From NCBI RefSeq assembly GCF_963921235.1, contig NC_086097.1:255442001-255506000 (forward strand): 64,000 bases of DNA, in the 5' to 3' direction. Below, in pieces: positions 35,205 to 45,727 of this stretch (its first letter is position 1; the number at the start of each line of letters is the position of its first letter). The notes under the pieces are model-generated. The model was not told the DNA's origin. It made no database searches and was given only the letters and a program-made list of their open reading frames with translations. The stretch is from Mobula hypostoma (Eukaryota). The translations under genes were made by a program, and so were the position numbers.

Positions 35205-36340
35205 GCGAGCCTTTTAGAAAGGAAATGAATGAATAGCAAGTGCAGGGGCAGCGTTTTTTATGAAAAATCTTTTGTAATATCTTTCTAAACAAGATGAGGC
35301 TGCTGAACAAGATAAGAACCCATGGTATTACAGGAAAAATAGTCACATGGATAGAGCATTGGCTGATTGTTCCCACTCTTTGCCTCCAGCCAAAGAGATC
35401 CTTTTGGGATTGGCTGTTAGTGACTAGTATTCACAGGGATCTGTGTTGAGACCACTTCTTTTTATGCAACGTGCCAATGATTTGGATAATGAAATTGATG
35501 TTTTGTGGCCAAGTTTGCAGACAATACGAAGATAGGTGGAGGGGCAGGTAATGCTGAGGAAGCAGAGAGGTTGCAGAAGGACTTAGGTTAGGAGAAAGGG
35601 CAAAGTGTCAGATGGAATACAGTGCCGTCAAGTGTATGGTCGTGCACTCTGAAAGAAGGAAGAAAAGCATAGACTATTTTCTAAATGGGGAAAAAATTCA
35701 AAATTCTGAGGTGCAAAGGGATTTGGGAGTCTTCGTGCAGTGAGGATGTAATGCTTGGGCTTTATAAGGTACTGGCCAGACTGTACTTGGGAGTATTGAG
35801 AGCAGGTTTGGGCCCTTACCTAAAAGGTGTGCTGGCATTGGACAGGGTACAGAGGAGGTTCATGAGAATTATTCTGGGAATGAAAGGGTTAAACTATGAG
35901 AAGCATTTGATGGCTCTAGGAGTATACCCACTGGAGCTGAGAAGAATGGGAGAGGATCTCATTGAAACCTACTGAATATTGAAAGGGCTGGATAAAGTGG
36001 ATAAAGGGAGGATGTTTTCTATAGTGGGCAAGTCTAGGACCAGGCAGCATAGCCTCAGACTAGAGGATGTCAATTTAGAACAGAGATGAGAAGGAATTCT
36101 TTAGCCAGAGGGTGGTAAATCTGTGGAATTCATTGTCACAGATGGCTGTTGTGGCTAAGTCACTGGGTATATTTAAAGCGGAATTTGATTCCGAGCTCCA
36201 TAGGGTTCTTGATTAGTCAGGGTGTCAAAGGCTACAGGAGAATGGAATTGGGAGGGATAACAACTCAGTGATGATGGAATGACAGAGCAGGTGCAATGGG
36301 CCAAATGGCCTAATTCTGCTCCCATATCTTATGGTGATAT
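35205..36340 (+). mobile_element. Old degenerate CR1 RT and 3' end
   Basis: ORF 35685..35975 RVQRRF..ELRRM.EDLIETY; KFADNTKIGG remnant. Confidence 0.8.
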
Positions 36341-36827
36341 TTATATGGCTTGCCTCTGCATCGTTCCATGTAGTTCCTTATGTACCCTTGCAGTTCTTTC
36401 TACAACATTCATTACAATTGACAAAATATCTCTTACCTCTTTGGTCAATTTATTTATTATTAGTCTGAAGAACAAGGAGCTCAGACTATTCCATCACTTT
36501 CTTCAGGAGGCAAAAGCAATTTGGCAAGTCTCCTTCGAATGTGACCGATTTTTAATCAATGTACCAGAGAGAACACCCTATCTGGATGCATCACGGTTTG
36601 GTATGGCAACTTTTCTGCAGGTGACCGCAAGAGACTGCAGAGTTGTGGACACAGCTCTGCATATCACAGAAACCAGCCTCCCCACTGTGGATCCTATATA
36701 CATTTCTTACTACTGCAGTAAAGCAGCCAGTATAATCGAGGACCCCACCCACCCCAGACGTTCTCTCTTCCCCTACCCCTCGTTGGGTAGAAAATACAAA
36801 AGTTGGAAAGCACACACCACCAGACCA

Positions 36828-37940
36828 AACATAGAACATAGCAGAGTACAGCACAGTACAGGCCCTTCTGCCCACAATGTTGCGCCGACCCTCAAACCCT
36901 GCCTCCCATATAAACCCCCACCTTAAATTCCTCCATATACCTGTCTAGTAGTCTCTTAAACTTCACTAGTATATCTGCCTCCACCACTGACTCAGGCAGT
37001 GCATTCCACACACCAACCACTCTCTGAGTAAAAAATCTTCCTCTAATATCCCCCTTGAACTTCCCACCCCTTACCTTAAAGCCATGTCCTCTTGTATTGA
37101 GCAGTGGTGCCCTGGAGAAGAGGCGCTGGCTATCCACTCTATCTATTCCTCTTATTATCTTGTACACCTCTATCATGTCTCCTCTCATCCTCCTCCTCTC
37201 CAGAGAGTAAAGCCCTAGCTCCCTTAATCTCTTATCATAATGCATACTCTCTAAACCAGGCAGCATCCTGGTAAATCTCCTCTGTACCCTTTCCAATGCT
37301 TCCACATCCTTCCCATAGTGAGGTGACCAGAACTGGACACAGTACTCCAAGTGTGGCCTAACCAGAGTTTTATAGAGCTGCATCACTACCTCGTGACTCT
37401 TAAATTCTCTCCATTGACTTATGAAAGCTAACACCCCATAAGCTTTCTTAACTACCCTATCTACCTGTGAGGCAACTTTCAGGGATCTGTGGACATGTAC
37501 TCCGAGATCGCTCTGCTCCTCCACACTATCAAGTATCCTGCCATTTACTTTGTACTCTGCCTTGGAGTTTGCCTTCCAAAGTGTACCACCTCACACTTCT
37601 CCAGGTTGTACTCCATCTGCCACTTCTCAACCCACTTTTGCATCCTATCAATGTCTCCCTGCAATCTTTGACAATCCTCTACACTATCTACAACACCACC
37701 AACCTTTGTGTTGTCTGCAAACTTGCCAACCCCACCTTTCTACCCCCACATCCAGGTTGTTAATAAAAATCACAAAAAGTAGAGGTCCCAGAACCGATCC
37801 TTGTGGGACACCACTAGTCACAACCCTCCAATCCGAATGTACTCCCTCCATCACGATCCTCTGCCTTCTGCAGGCAAGCCAATTCTGAATCCACCTGGCC
37901 AAATTTCCCTGGATCCCATTGCCTTCTGACTTTCTGAACA
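36828..37940 (-). mobile_element. CR1 3' portion inserted in an old Rex-like fragment (~36540-36825, 37945-38073, 40315-40460)
   Basis: ORFs 36892..37524 and 37684..37959; same subfamily as 20140-23364. Confidence 0.92.
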
Positions 37941-38073
37941 GTAAGTGAACACCACCCACATAACAGGAGATTGCATCTGCCCTAAGGCTATTAACTAGTT
38001 CCCTAGTACGATACGATGGACTCTGACCTCACAATATAACTCATGATTTTCTATTTTATTGTTTACTTGCACT

Positions 38074-40314
38074 TACATATTGGTGGAGGAACTCAGTAGG
38101 TCAGCCAGCATCTATGGTGAGGAATAAACAGTTGATGGTTTAGATTGAGACCCTTTATTGGGACTGGAAAGGAACGGGGGTAGAAGCCAGAATAAGGTGG
38201 AAGGAGGGGAAGTTGGACAAACTAGCAGGTGTTCAAGTTCAAGGTCAATTGTCATTCAACCTACATGGATATTCATGAATACGGCCAAACAAAGCAGTGT
38301 TAGCTCCTGGGCCAAGGTGGAAAACAGTACTGACAGTCACACAGTTCAAGGCACATAAAGCACAGATAAGTACAGAGAAATACAGTCACACACAGATAGT
38401 CTCAGACCCTGAGTCTATGAATGTTGCAGCCAAACACTATACAGCTTGTTCTCTGCTGAACAGATGAGGAGGGACACCAACTTCAGCTTGGATGTCACAC
38501 CACTCTGGTGGAGAGCATCAACTCCAACACCCCACTCCTGAGCAGCTGTAAACAGGCAACTCTGCCGCTTGAGGCCCAATCCTCACTATGGCTGAGGCCA
38601 TGCAGCTCCACTGCCGTCCACCGATATATCAGCGAAGTGGACTGGCAGCGTTCTACATTAACAATGTCCAGGGTCTCGCGATCACAGGACTAAGATGAGA
38701 ACTAAGATGAGAACTTGCTATTAGACTGCATACCATCTTTGTACACCAACTCCTTGGACGTGTCTCTAATGTGGGCAGTGGCACAATCCACACTGTCCGG
38801 CTCCTTCCAGTTCTCTGCCAACAAACTCGCCGGTTGGAACATCTGAAGGTACCTTAAGTTCTTAATGTTCAGTAGGGTCTTACTACCGTAAAAAATAAAC
38901 TTAAAATGGACAACTCTTTGGTTGAATGCACTGCCATCTTACCGGAGGGGTGATAGGTTGAAAAGGTAAAGGATTGGCAAAAAAGGATTCTGATAGGAGG
39001 GGAGAGTGGACAAATGGAGAAGGGAAAGGAGGTGGGACACCAGGGAAAGGTGATAGGCAGGTGAGAAGAGGAGAAGAGGTAAGAAGCGAACCAGAGTGGG
39101 AACAGGGAAGGGAGAAGGTGAAAAAAATTACTAGAATTTAGAGAAATCTACACTCATGACATCAGCTCGGAAGCTATCCAGACAGAACTGAGAGTGGCCT
39201 CTTCATGATAGTCGTAATCATACTTTATTGATCCCAGGGGGAAATTGGTTAAATAGTAGAGGAGACCGACATCTTGGAATGGGAATTAAAATGGATGGTT
39301 ACTGGGACATCCTGCTTTTTGTGGATACAGCAAAGGTGTTTGACAAAGTGGTCCCTCAATCGGCATTGGGACTCACCAATTTAGTGGAGCCCTAACCTGG
39401 AACACTGGATATGGTCAACGATTTACAACTGAAGGAGGGATAAACTGGCAAGGGAATCACAAAAGGAGTGATCACCTGGGGAAACCAGAGAGTGGAAGGG
39501 AGGTAAAGATGTGTTTGGTGGTAGGGTCCCATTAAAGATGCCAGAAGTCATGGAGAATGATGTGATGGATGCAGAGGCTCATGGGGTGGTAGGTGAGGCC
39601 ACGAGGAGCTCCATCCCTGTTAAAGCGGCGGGAAGATGGGTGAGTGTGGACGTTCGTGAAATGCTGTGGTGATGGCAGCAATGGTGAAGGAAGCAAAACT
39701 CTGTTCTTTGACAGAAGACATCTATAATGCTCCGGAAAGGAAAGTATCATCCTGGGAACAGATGGAGGTGGAACAAAGGAACTGAGAAAAGAATTGATTT
39801 ATTTATTTATCAACCATCGTTATTATTTTTATTTATTTAGTTATATTTATGTACTTTTTCACAAGAGATGGTGGAAGCGTCAGAAGACGATGAAGCAGCA
39901 CCAATGCAGTCATCAATGTAGCGCAGAAAGAGTTGGGGAGCATCACCAAGGAATGCTTGGAATATGGACTGTTAGACGTAGCCAACGAAAAGGCAGGCAT
40001 AGATGGGGACCTTGTGGGTGTCCACGGGCTACACTTTGGGTTAGGTGAATGTGAGAGAGAGAAATTGAAAGAGAATTCCCTTCCCTCTTCTTCCCTTCCT
40101 CACTCTGGCTCCAATCTTACGCCATTACCCCTCACCTGGCTTTACATATCACCATCCAGTTTGTGCTCCTTACCCTCCCCCCACCTTTTCATTCTGGCTA
40201 GTTCTCCCTTGACCCAAAACATCAACTGCTTATTCATTTCCAAAGATGCTGCCTGAGTTTCCCCAGCGTTTTGTGTGTTTACTCTGGATGTGCAGAGTAA
40301 ATCGCCTGTGTTTG
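38074..40314. mobile_element. Degenerate Penelope-like element with inverted terminal segments
   Basis: Opposite-orientation PLE end motifs at ~38078-38230 and ~40075-40310, similar to 45730-46700; flanked by tgtttac(t/c)tgcact (38060-38073, 40315-40328). Confidence 0.7.
38232..38946 (-). mobile_element. Non-autonomous retroelement with 5' GGTAAGATGGC head and (cttgaa)n tail
   Basis: gccatcttaccgg at ~38934-38946; ttcaagttcaag at ~38232-38243; interrupts the PLE; no coding similarity seen. Confidence 0.55.
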
Positions 40315-40569
40315 TGTTTACCTGCACTACACTTTGTCTGTAACTGTTACACTTTATTACTGTTTTACCTCAAGGCACTGTTGTAATGGATTGTATGAAA
40401 GCTGAGTACTATTTTCACTGCACCTTGGTGCATGTGATAATAATAATCTAGTTTACCAATTGATTAACCTCACCAATATTGGTAATCTTCAATCATACAA
40501 AATTATGTAAGTACTGTATAGCAAATAATGCATACCAAACTCAAGAGGAAGATTTTGTAGAGTACTTAC

Positions 40570-40746
40570 ACATGCCGTTGGTGGCAGCCACTGCTCGTGG
40601 GCCCATCATGTTACCAAGTGTTGGTGGAACTATACTTGGGTTTGGATGGGAAGGTGCACCCGAGGACATATTTGGCTGAAGATTGGGCATCATACGGCCA
40701 GCCATTGGTTGTCCTGGCACCATTGCCCCCGCACCAGGCATCTGAC
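40570..40746 (-). CDS. SMARCC1: SMARCC1 penultimate coding exon (177 nt, phase 1-1), Pro/Met-rich tail
   Basis: GQMPGAGAMVPGQPMAGRMMP..LGNMMGPR..NGM aligns with recalled human GQIPGPGSMMPGQHMPGRMIP..GNILGPR..NGM; acceptor cttccagtag, donor T|GTAAGT. Confidence 0.93.
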
Positions 40747-40914
40747 CTACTGGAAGATGAAAGTCACAAAGTACATTAGCAAAATTTACAAAAGCTCTCA
40801 AAATACATATTCATCAAGTACTTTAAAACTCAGTCAATAGATGTTACCAAATCCGATAGAAATTTTTGGACAAAAGCAATGTGCAGTTTAACATATGCTC
40901 TTCTCATAATTTCC

Positions 40915-41180
40915 ATTTAGTTACAACGCAGGAAGCGATTGTTCAGCCAATGAGAAAACCCATTGTTTCTATTTCACTTATTTCCCTACAACGTGTTCTC
41001 CTACATTCCCATCAATTTTCCTGATTCCCTTGCCACTCAGCATGAGGAGCACTGTAAAATAACCAGAAGGAAAAGCAGTGGTCATAGGGAGAACATGCAA
41101 ACTCCACAAAGACAGCACCAAGGATCAGAATTGAACGTGAATGACTGAAGCAACGAGGCTGATGCACTGGAGCAATATGT
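40915..41180 (-). mobile_element. Degenerate tRNA-derived V-SINE (HE1-like)
   Basis: Reverse complement shows B-box-like GTTCAATTC followed by the V-domain hallmark TGTGGAGTTTGCATGTTCTCCC; CR1-like tail remnant near 40920. Confidence 0.7.
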
Positions 41181-41289
41181 CTGCTAGGGTAACTCTGCAA
41201 GTCAGCTGTGACTGTACTGCTCCACTTGATAGATCCAATACCACTAGCAAAGTCAAATAAGAACAGCCTGACTCCAAACCAGAAAACTC

Positions 41290-41379
41290 ATTAGCCTAGC
41301 TCCATCACCACTCAGCAAACCGCAACTGCCATTAGATTAGCTCCATCACCACTCAGCAATCTGCAAGGGCTGGCATTAG
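41290..41379. repeat. ~41-44 bp tandem repeat; third unit displaced to ~44516-44560 by a CR1 insertion
   Basis: tagctccatcaccactcagcaa twice; ttagcctagatccatcacctcttcgcaatctgcaagggttggca at 44516. Confidence 0.8.
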
Positions 41380-44300
41380 AGATTGGTCGGTATGATGCCG
41401 TGGGCATCACTGAGTCGTGGCTGACAGAAGGTCATAACTGATATCAAAGGATATACTTTAAATTGAAAGGACAGGCAGGAAGGCATAGGCAGTGGTGTGG
41501 CTCTGTTGGTAAGAGATGGAATTATATCTTTACATAGAGGTGACAGAGGATCAGAGAATGTTGAATCTTTGTGGGTGGATTTAAGAAACAGTACGGGTAA
41601 AAAAAAATTATGGGAATTATATACAAGCCTCCAAATAGTAGCCAAAATGTGGGGTTGAGGGAGCTGTAAAAGACATGTAATATGGGTAATGACACAATTG
41701 TTATGGGGGACTTCAATATACAATAGGATTGGGAAAATCAGTTTGGTGCCAGATCACAAGAGAGGGAATTTGTTAAATGCCTACAAGATGACCTTTTAGA
41801 GCAGCTTGTGCTTGAGCCTACTTGGAGAAAGGCCATCTTAGATTGGGTGTTGTATAATATCCCGGATCTTATTAGGGAGCTTAATGTGAAGGAACCCTTA
41901 GGAGACAGTGATCATAATATGATTGAGATCATACTGCAATTTGAGATGGAGAAACACAAGTCACATGTATCAGTATCGCAATGGAATAAAGGGAATTAGA
42001 GACATGAGAGAGGAGTTTACCAAGGTGGGCTGGAGGAGGATACTGGCGGGATGATGGCAGAGCAGAGATGGCTGAAGTTTCTGGGAATAGCTCACAAGGT
42101 GCAGGACAGATATGTTCCACAGAGGAAGAAGTTTCAAAAGTGACTGGGAAGTTGGATGATTGTGAGGCTCTTAAAATCCAACAAAAGGCAACTAAAAAAA
42201 AGCTATAAGGGAAAAGAAGAAATTTGAGGTCAGACTAGCCAATAGTATAAAGCAGGATACTGAATTTTTTTTCCAGTTTATATAAAGAAAAAAAAGGAAG
42301 GTGAGAGTTGATATTGGACCACTGGAAAATGATGCTGGTGAGGTAGTAATAATACCATAAGGCCATTAGACAAAGGAGCAGAAGTAGGCCATTCGGTCCA
42401 TCGAGTCTGCTCCACCATTTTATCATGAGCTGATCCATTTTCTCCTATTTAATCCCACTCCCCCGCCTTCTCACCATAACCCTTGATGCCCTGGCTACTT
42501 AGATACCTATCAATCTCTGCCTTAAATACACCCAATGACTTGGCTTCTACTGCTGCCCGTGGCAACAAATTCCATAGATTCACCACCTTCTGACTAAAAA
42601 AATTTCTTCGCATTTCTGTTCTGAATGGGCGCCCTTCAATCCTTAAGTTATGCCCTCTTGTACTAGACTCCCCCATCATGGGAAACAACTTTGCCACATC
42701 CACTCTGTCCATGCCTTTTAACATTCGAAATGTTTCTATGAGGTCTCCCCTCATTCTTCTAAACTCCAAGGAATACAGTCCAAGAGCGGACAAACGTTTG
42801 TAATGGGGGATAAAGAAATGGTAGATGAACTTAATGGGTACTTTGCATCGGTCTTCACTGTGGAAGACACTAGCAGTGTGCCAGAAGTCTATGATTGTCA
42901 GAGAGTATGAGTGAGTGACATTATTATTACAAAGGAAGAAATACTAGGCAAACTCAAAGGTTTTAAGGTGGATAAGTCACCTGAACCAGATGTACTACAT
43001 CCCAGAGTCCTGACTGAGCTTGCTGAAGAGAAAACAGATGCATTCATCATGATTTTTCAAGAATCATTTGATTTTGGCATGGGAGATTGCAAATGTCACA
43101 CCACTCTTTAAGAAGGGAGGAAGGCAGAAGAAAGGAAATTATAGGCCAGTTAGCCCAACCTCAGTGGTTGGGAAAGTACTGGAGTAAATTAAGGATGAAG
43201 TTTCAGGGTACTTGGAGACCAATGATAAACAAGTCAAAGTCAGCATGATTTCTGTAAATGGACATCTTGCCTGACAAATCTGTTAAGAGTTCTTCAAGGA
43301 AGTAACAAGCAGCCTGGATAAACGAGAGGCAGTGGATGTCATTCATTTGGATTTTCAAAAGGCATTTGATAAGGAGCCGCACACAAGGCTGCTTAACAAG
43401 ATAAAATCCTCTGGCCTTATAGGAAAGATACCGGCATGGATAGCAGAATAGCTGACGGGCTGGAGACAGTGAGTGAGAATAAAAGGAGCCTTTACCTGGT
43501 TGGCTGTTGGTGTTCCTCAGGGGGTCAGTATCGGGACCACTACTTTTCATAATGCTTGTCAATGATTTGGATAATGGAATTGATGGCTTTGTGGCAAAGT
43601 TTTCTTATAATAGAAGATAGGTTGAGGGGTTGGTAGTGCTGAGGAAGCAATGCGATTACAGGTCTCAGACAAATTGGAACAATGGACAAAGAAATGGCAT
43701 ATGGAATACAGTGCTGGGAAATACGTTAATGCATTTTGGTAAAAGGAACAATAGTAATGGACTATTATCTAAATGGGGAGAAGGTTCAAACATCAGAGGT
43801 GCAGAGAGAGTTAGGAGTCATGTAAGACTCCCAGAAGGTTAATTTACAGGTTCAGTCTGTCGTAAAGAAGGCAAATGCAATGTTGGCATTTATTTCAAGG
43901 GGAATAGAATATAAAAGCAAGGAGATAATGCTGAGACTTTATAAGACACTGGTCAGGTTGCACTTGGAGTATTGTCAACAGTTTTGGGCCCCATATCTCA
44001 GAACGGATGTGTTAATCATTGGAGAAGCCAGTGGAGGTTCATGAGGATGATTCTGGGAATGAAGGGGTTAACATGAGCAGCATTTGCCAGATTTGGGCCT
44101 GTACTCACTGGAATTTAGAAGAATGTGAGGGGATCTCATTGAAACCTACCAAAATGCTGAAAGAACTAAATTGGGTGGATGTGGAGAGGACATTTTGTGT
44201 GGTGGGGGTATCCAGAACTAGAGGCCACAACCTCAAAATTCAGGGGTGACCTTTTAGAACAGAAGTAAGGAGGATTTTTTTTAAGCCAGAGAGCAGTGAA

Positions 44301-44515
44301 TCAGTGGAATGCTCTGTCACAGACTGTGGTGGAGGCCCAGTCTGTGGGTATATTTAAGGCAGAAGTTGATCACTTCCTTATCAGTCAGGGCATCAAAGGA
44401 TACGGTGAGAACCGAGGTGTATGGGATTGAGTGGGATACAGGATCAGCCATGGTGGAATGGCAGAGCAGACTCAATGGGCTGAATGGCCTAATTCTGCTC
44501 CCATTCCCCATGGTC
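41380..44515 (+). mobile_element. Degenerate CR1 ORF2 with a nested minus-strand CR1 3' end (42351-42799)
   Basis: GITESWL, GDSDHN and KSPEPD..HPRVL remnants; outer TSD TTAG; inner TSD GTAAT (42346-42350, 42800-42804). Confidence 0.88.
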
Positions 44516-44714
44516 TTAGCCTAGATCCATCACCTCTTCGCAATCTGCAAGGGTTGGCAGTACACTCCCAGCTGGCCTTGACTATAGAAACATAGAAAAT
44601 AGGTGCAGGAGTATTGTATTAGATTAGAAAAATCATTTCCACAGTGGATAGTAGTCTGGATTTTAGCCTGGGATTGCATTTCCAACCCTAATTAGAGAAG
44701 GCAGTGGAAATTTG

Positions 44715-45085
44715 GTGCCTTAAGGTGCCACACCGCCAGGTTCAGGAATGTTATTACACCCCTGAACTATCAGGCTCCAGAACCAGTGTGGATAACTTCA
44801 CTTCAAATAATCCAACAAACTACAGAAATACTTTCAAGGGCTCTACAACATGTGTTCTCATTATTTCTTATTTGTTTGTTATTATTTTGTGTTTTTCTTT
44901 TTTGTATTTACACAATTTGCCATTTTATGCATATGGGCTGTTTGTCCATCTTTCTTTGTGAGCAGTTTTTCCATTGATTCCATTGTTTCTTTGTATTGAC
45001 TGTGAATGCCCATAAGGAAATGTATCTCAGGGTTGCTTATGTTGACATACATGTACATTGATAATAAATTTACTTTGAATGTTGA
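44715..45085 (+). mobile_element. Old LINE (Rex/L2-like) 3' end
   Basis: Similar to 12130-12318 + 15257-15403; ends aataaatttactttgaa. Confidence 0.6.
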
Positions 45086-45284
45086 AATTGGAAGTATGTC
45101 CTTCAAAAAGAGCCTGTAGAGAGCAGGGGTCATTGCAAATCTAATCAAATGCTAGAACGAGTTTGAGCAAAACCCATTCTTTGATTTCCTTCCAGTTTTT
45201 TTGATTTTGAAAACACAAGCTTAGCATCACCTAGTCACTGACAAACGGATTTCTCCCGCTCAAGAACAAGCAGTAGCTGGGTTA

Positions 45285-45458
45285 CCCCGTACACACTGCA
45301 ACAGATATTAGGCGTTTTCAGATTTATTCACTCTGGAGACCGTTTCTGAAAATCTCCGTTTTCGGGAGATGAAAATGCCGCTTTAGTGTGGACAGAGGGT
45401 CAAAACGAAGAGAAAAAGCTTTGTTTTCAAAATTATCTGGTGTAGTGTGGGTGCAGCC
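45285..45458. mobile_element. Probable PIF/Harbinger-type MITE
   Basis: Imperfect TIRs (cacactgcaacagata / tatctggtgtagtgtg), flanked by TTA on both sides (45282-45284, 45459-45461). Confidence 0.5.
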
Positions 45459-45727
45459 TTAGTCACATGGACATGGTTCCCAAGACTTAGCTATAGAATT
45501 TCTGCTTTGCAGTTTCCAATCTCCTCGATGTCACCTGCAGAAACTATGAATTCCTCTACTCACCCCATTGCATGGTACCGTCAATTTGGGGTACATACAA
45601 TTTATGTTACCCGATGGTGAGATACATCCTAGGATGCGCACCATCAGTGATGTAATGTGGGGTCATTGGGTGTTCAACATCAGACACCTTCATCCAGGCG
45701 ACCCAGACAGGGTCAATCAGGCATTCA

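Noticed and set aside
35123..35206. C/D box snoRNA (ATGATGA ... CTGA)
   Set aside because: Antisense to the host gene, no terminal stem seen, and the sister copy at 34075 has no D box.
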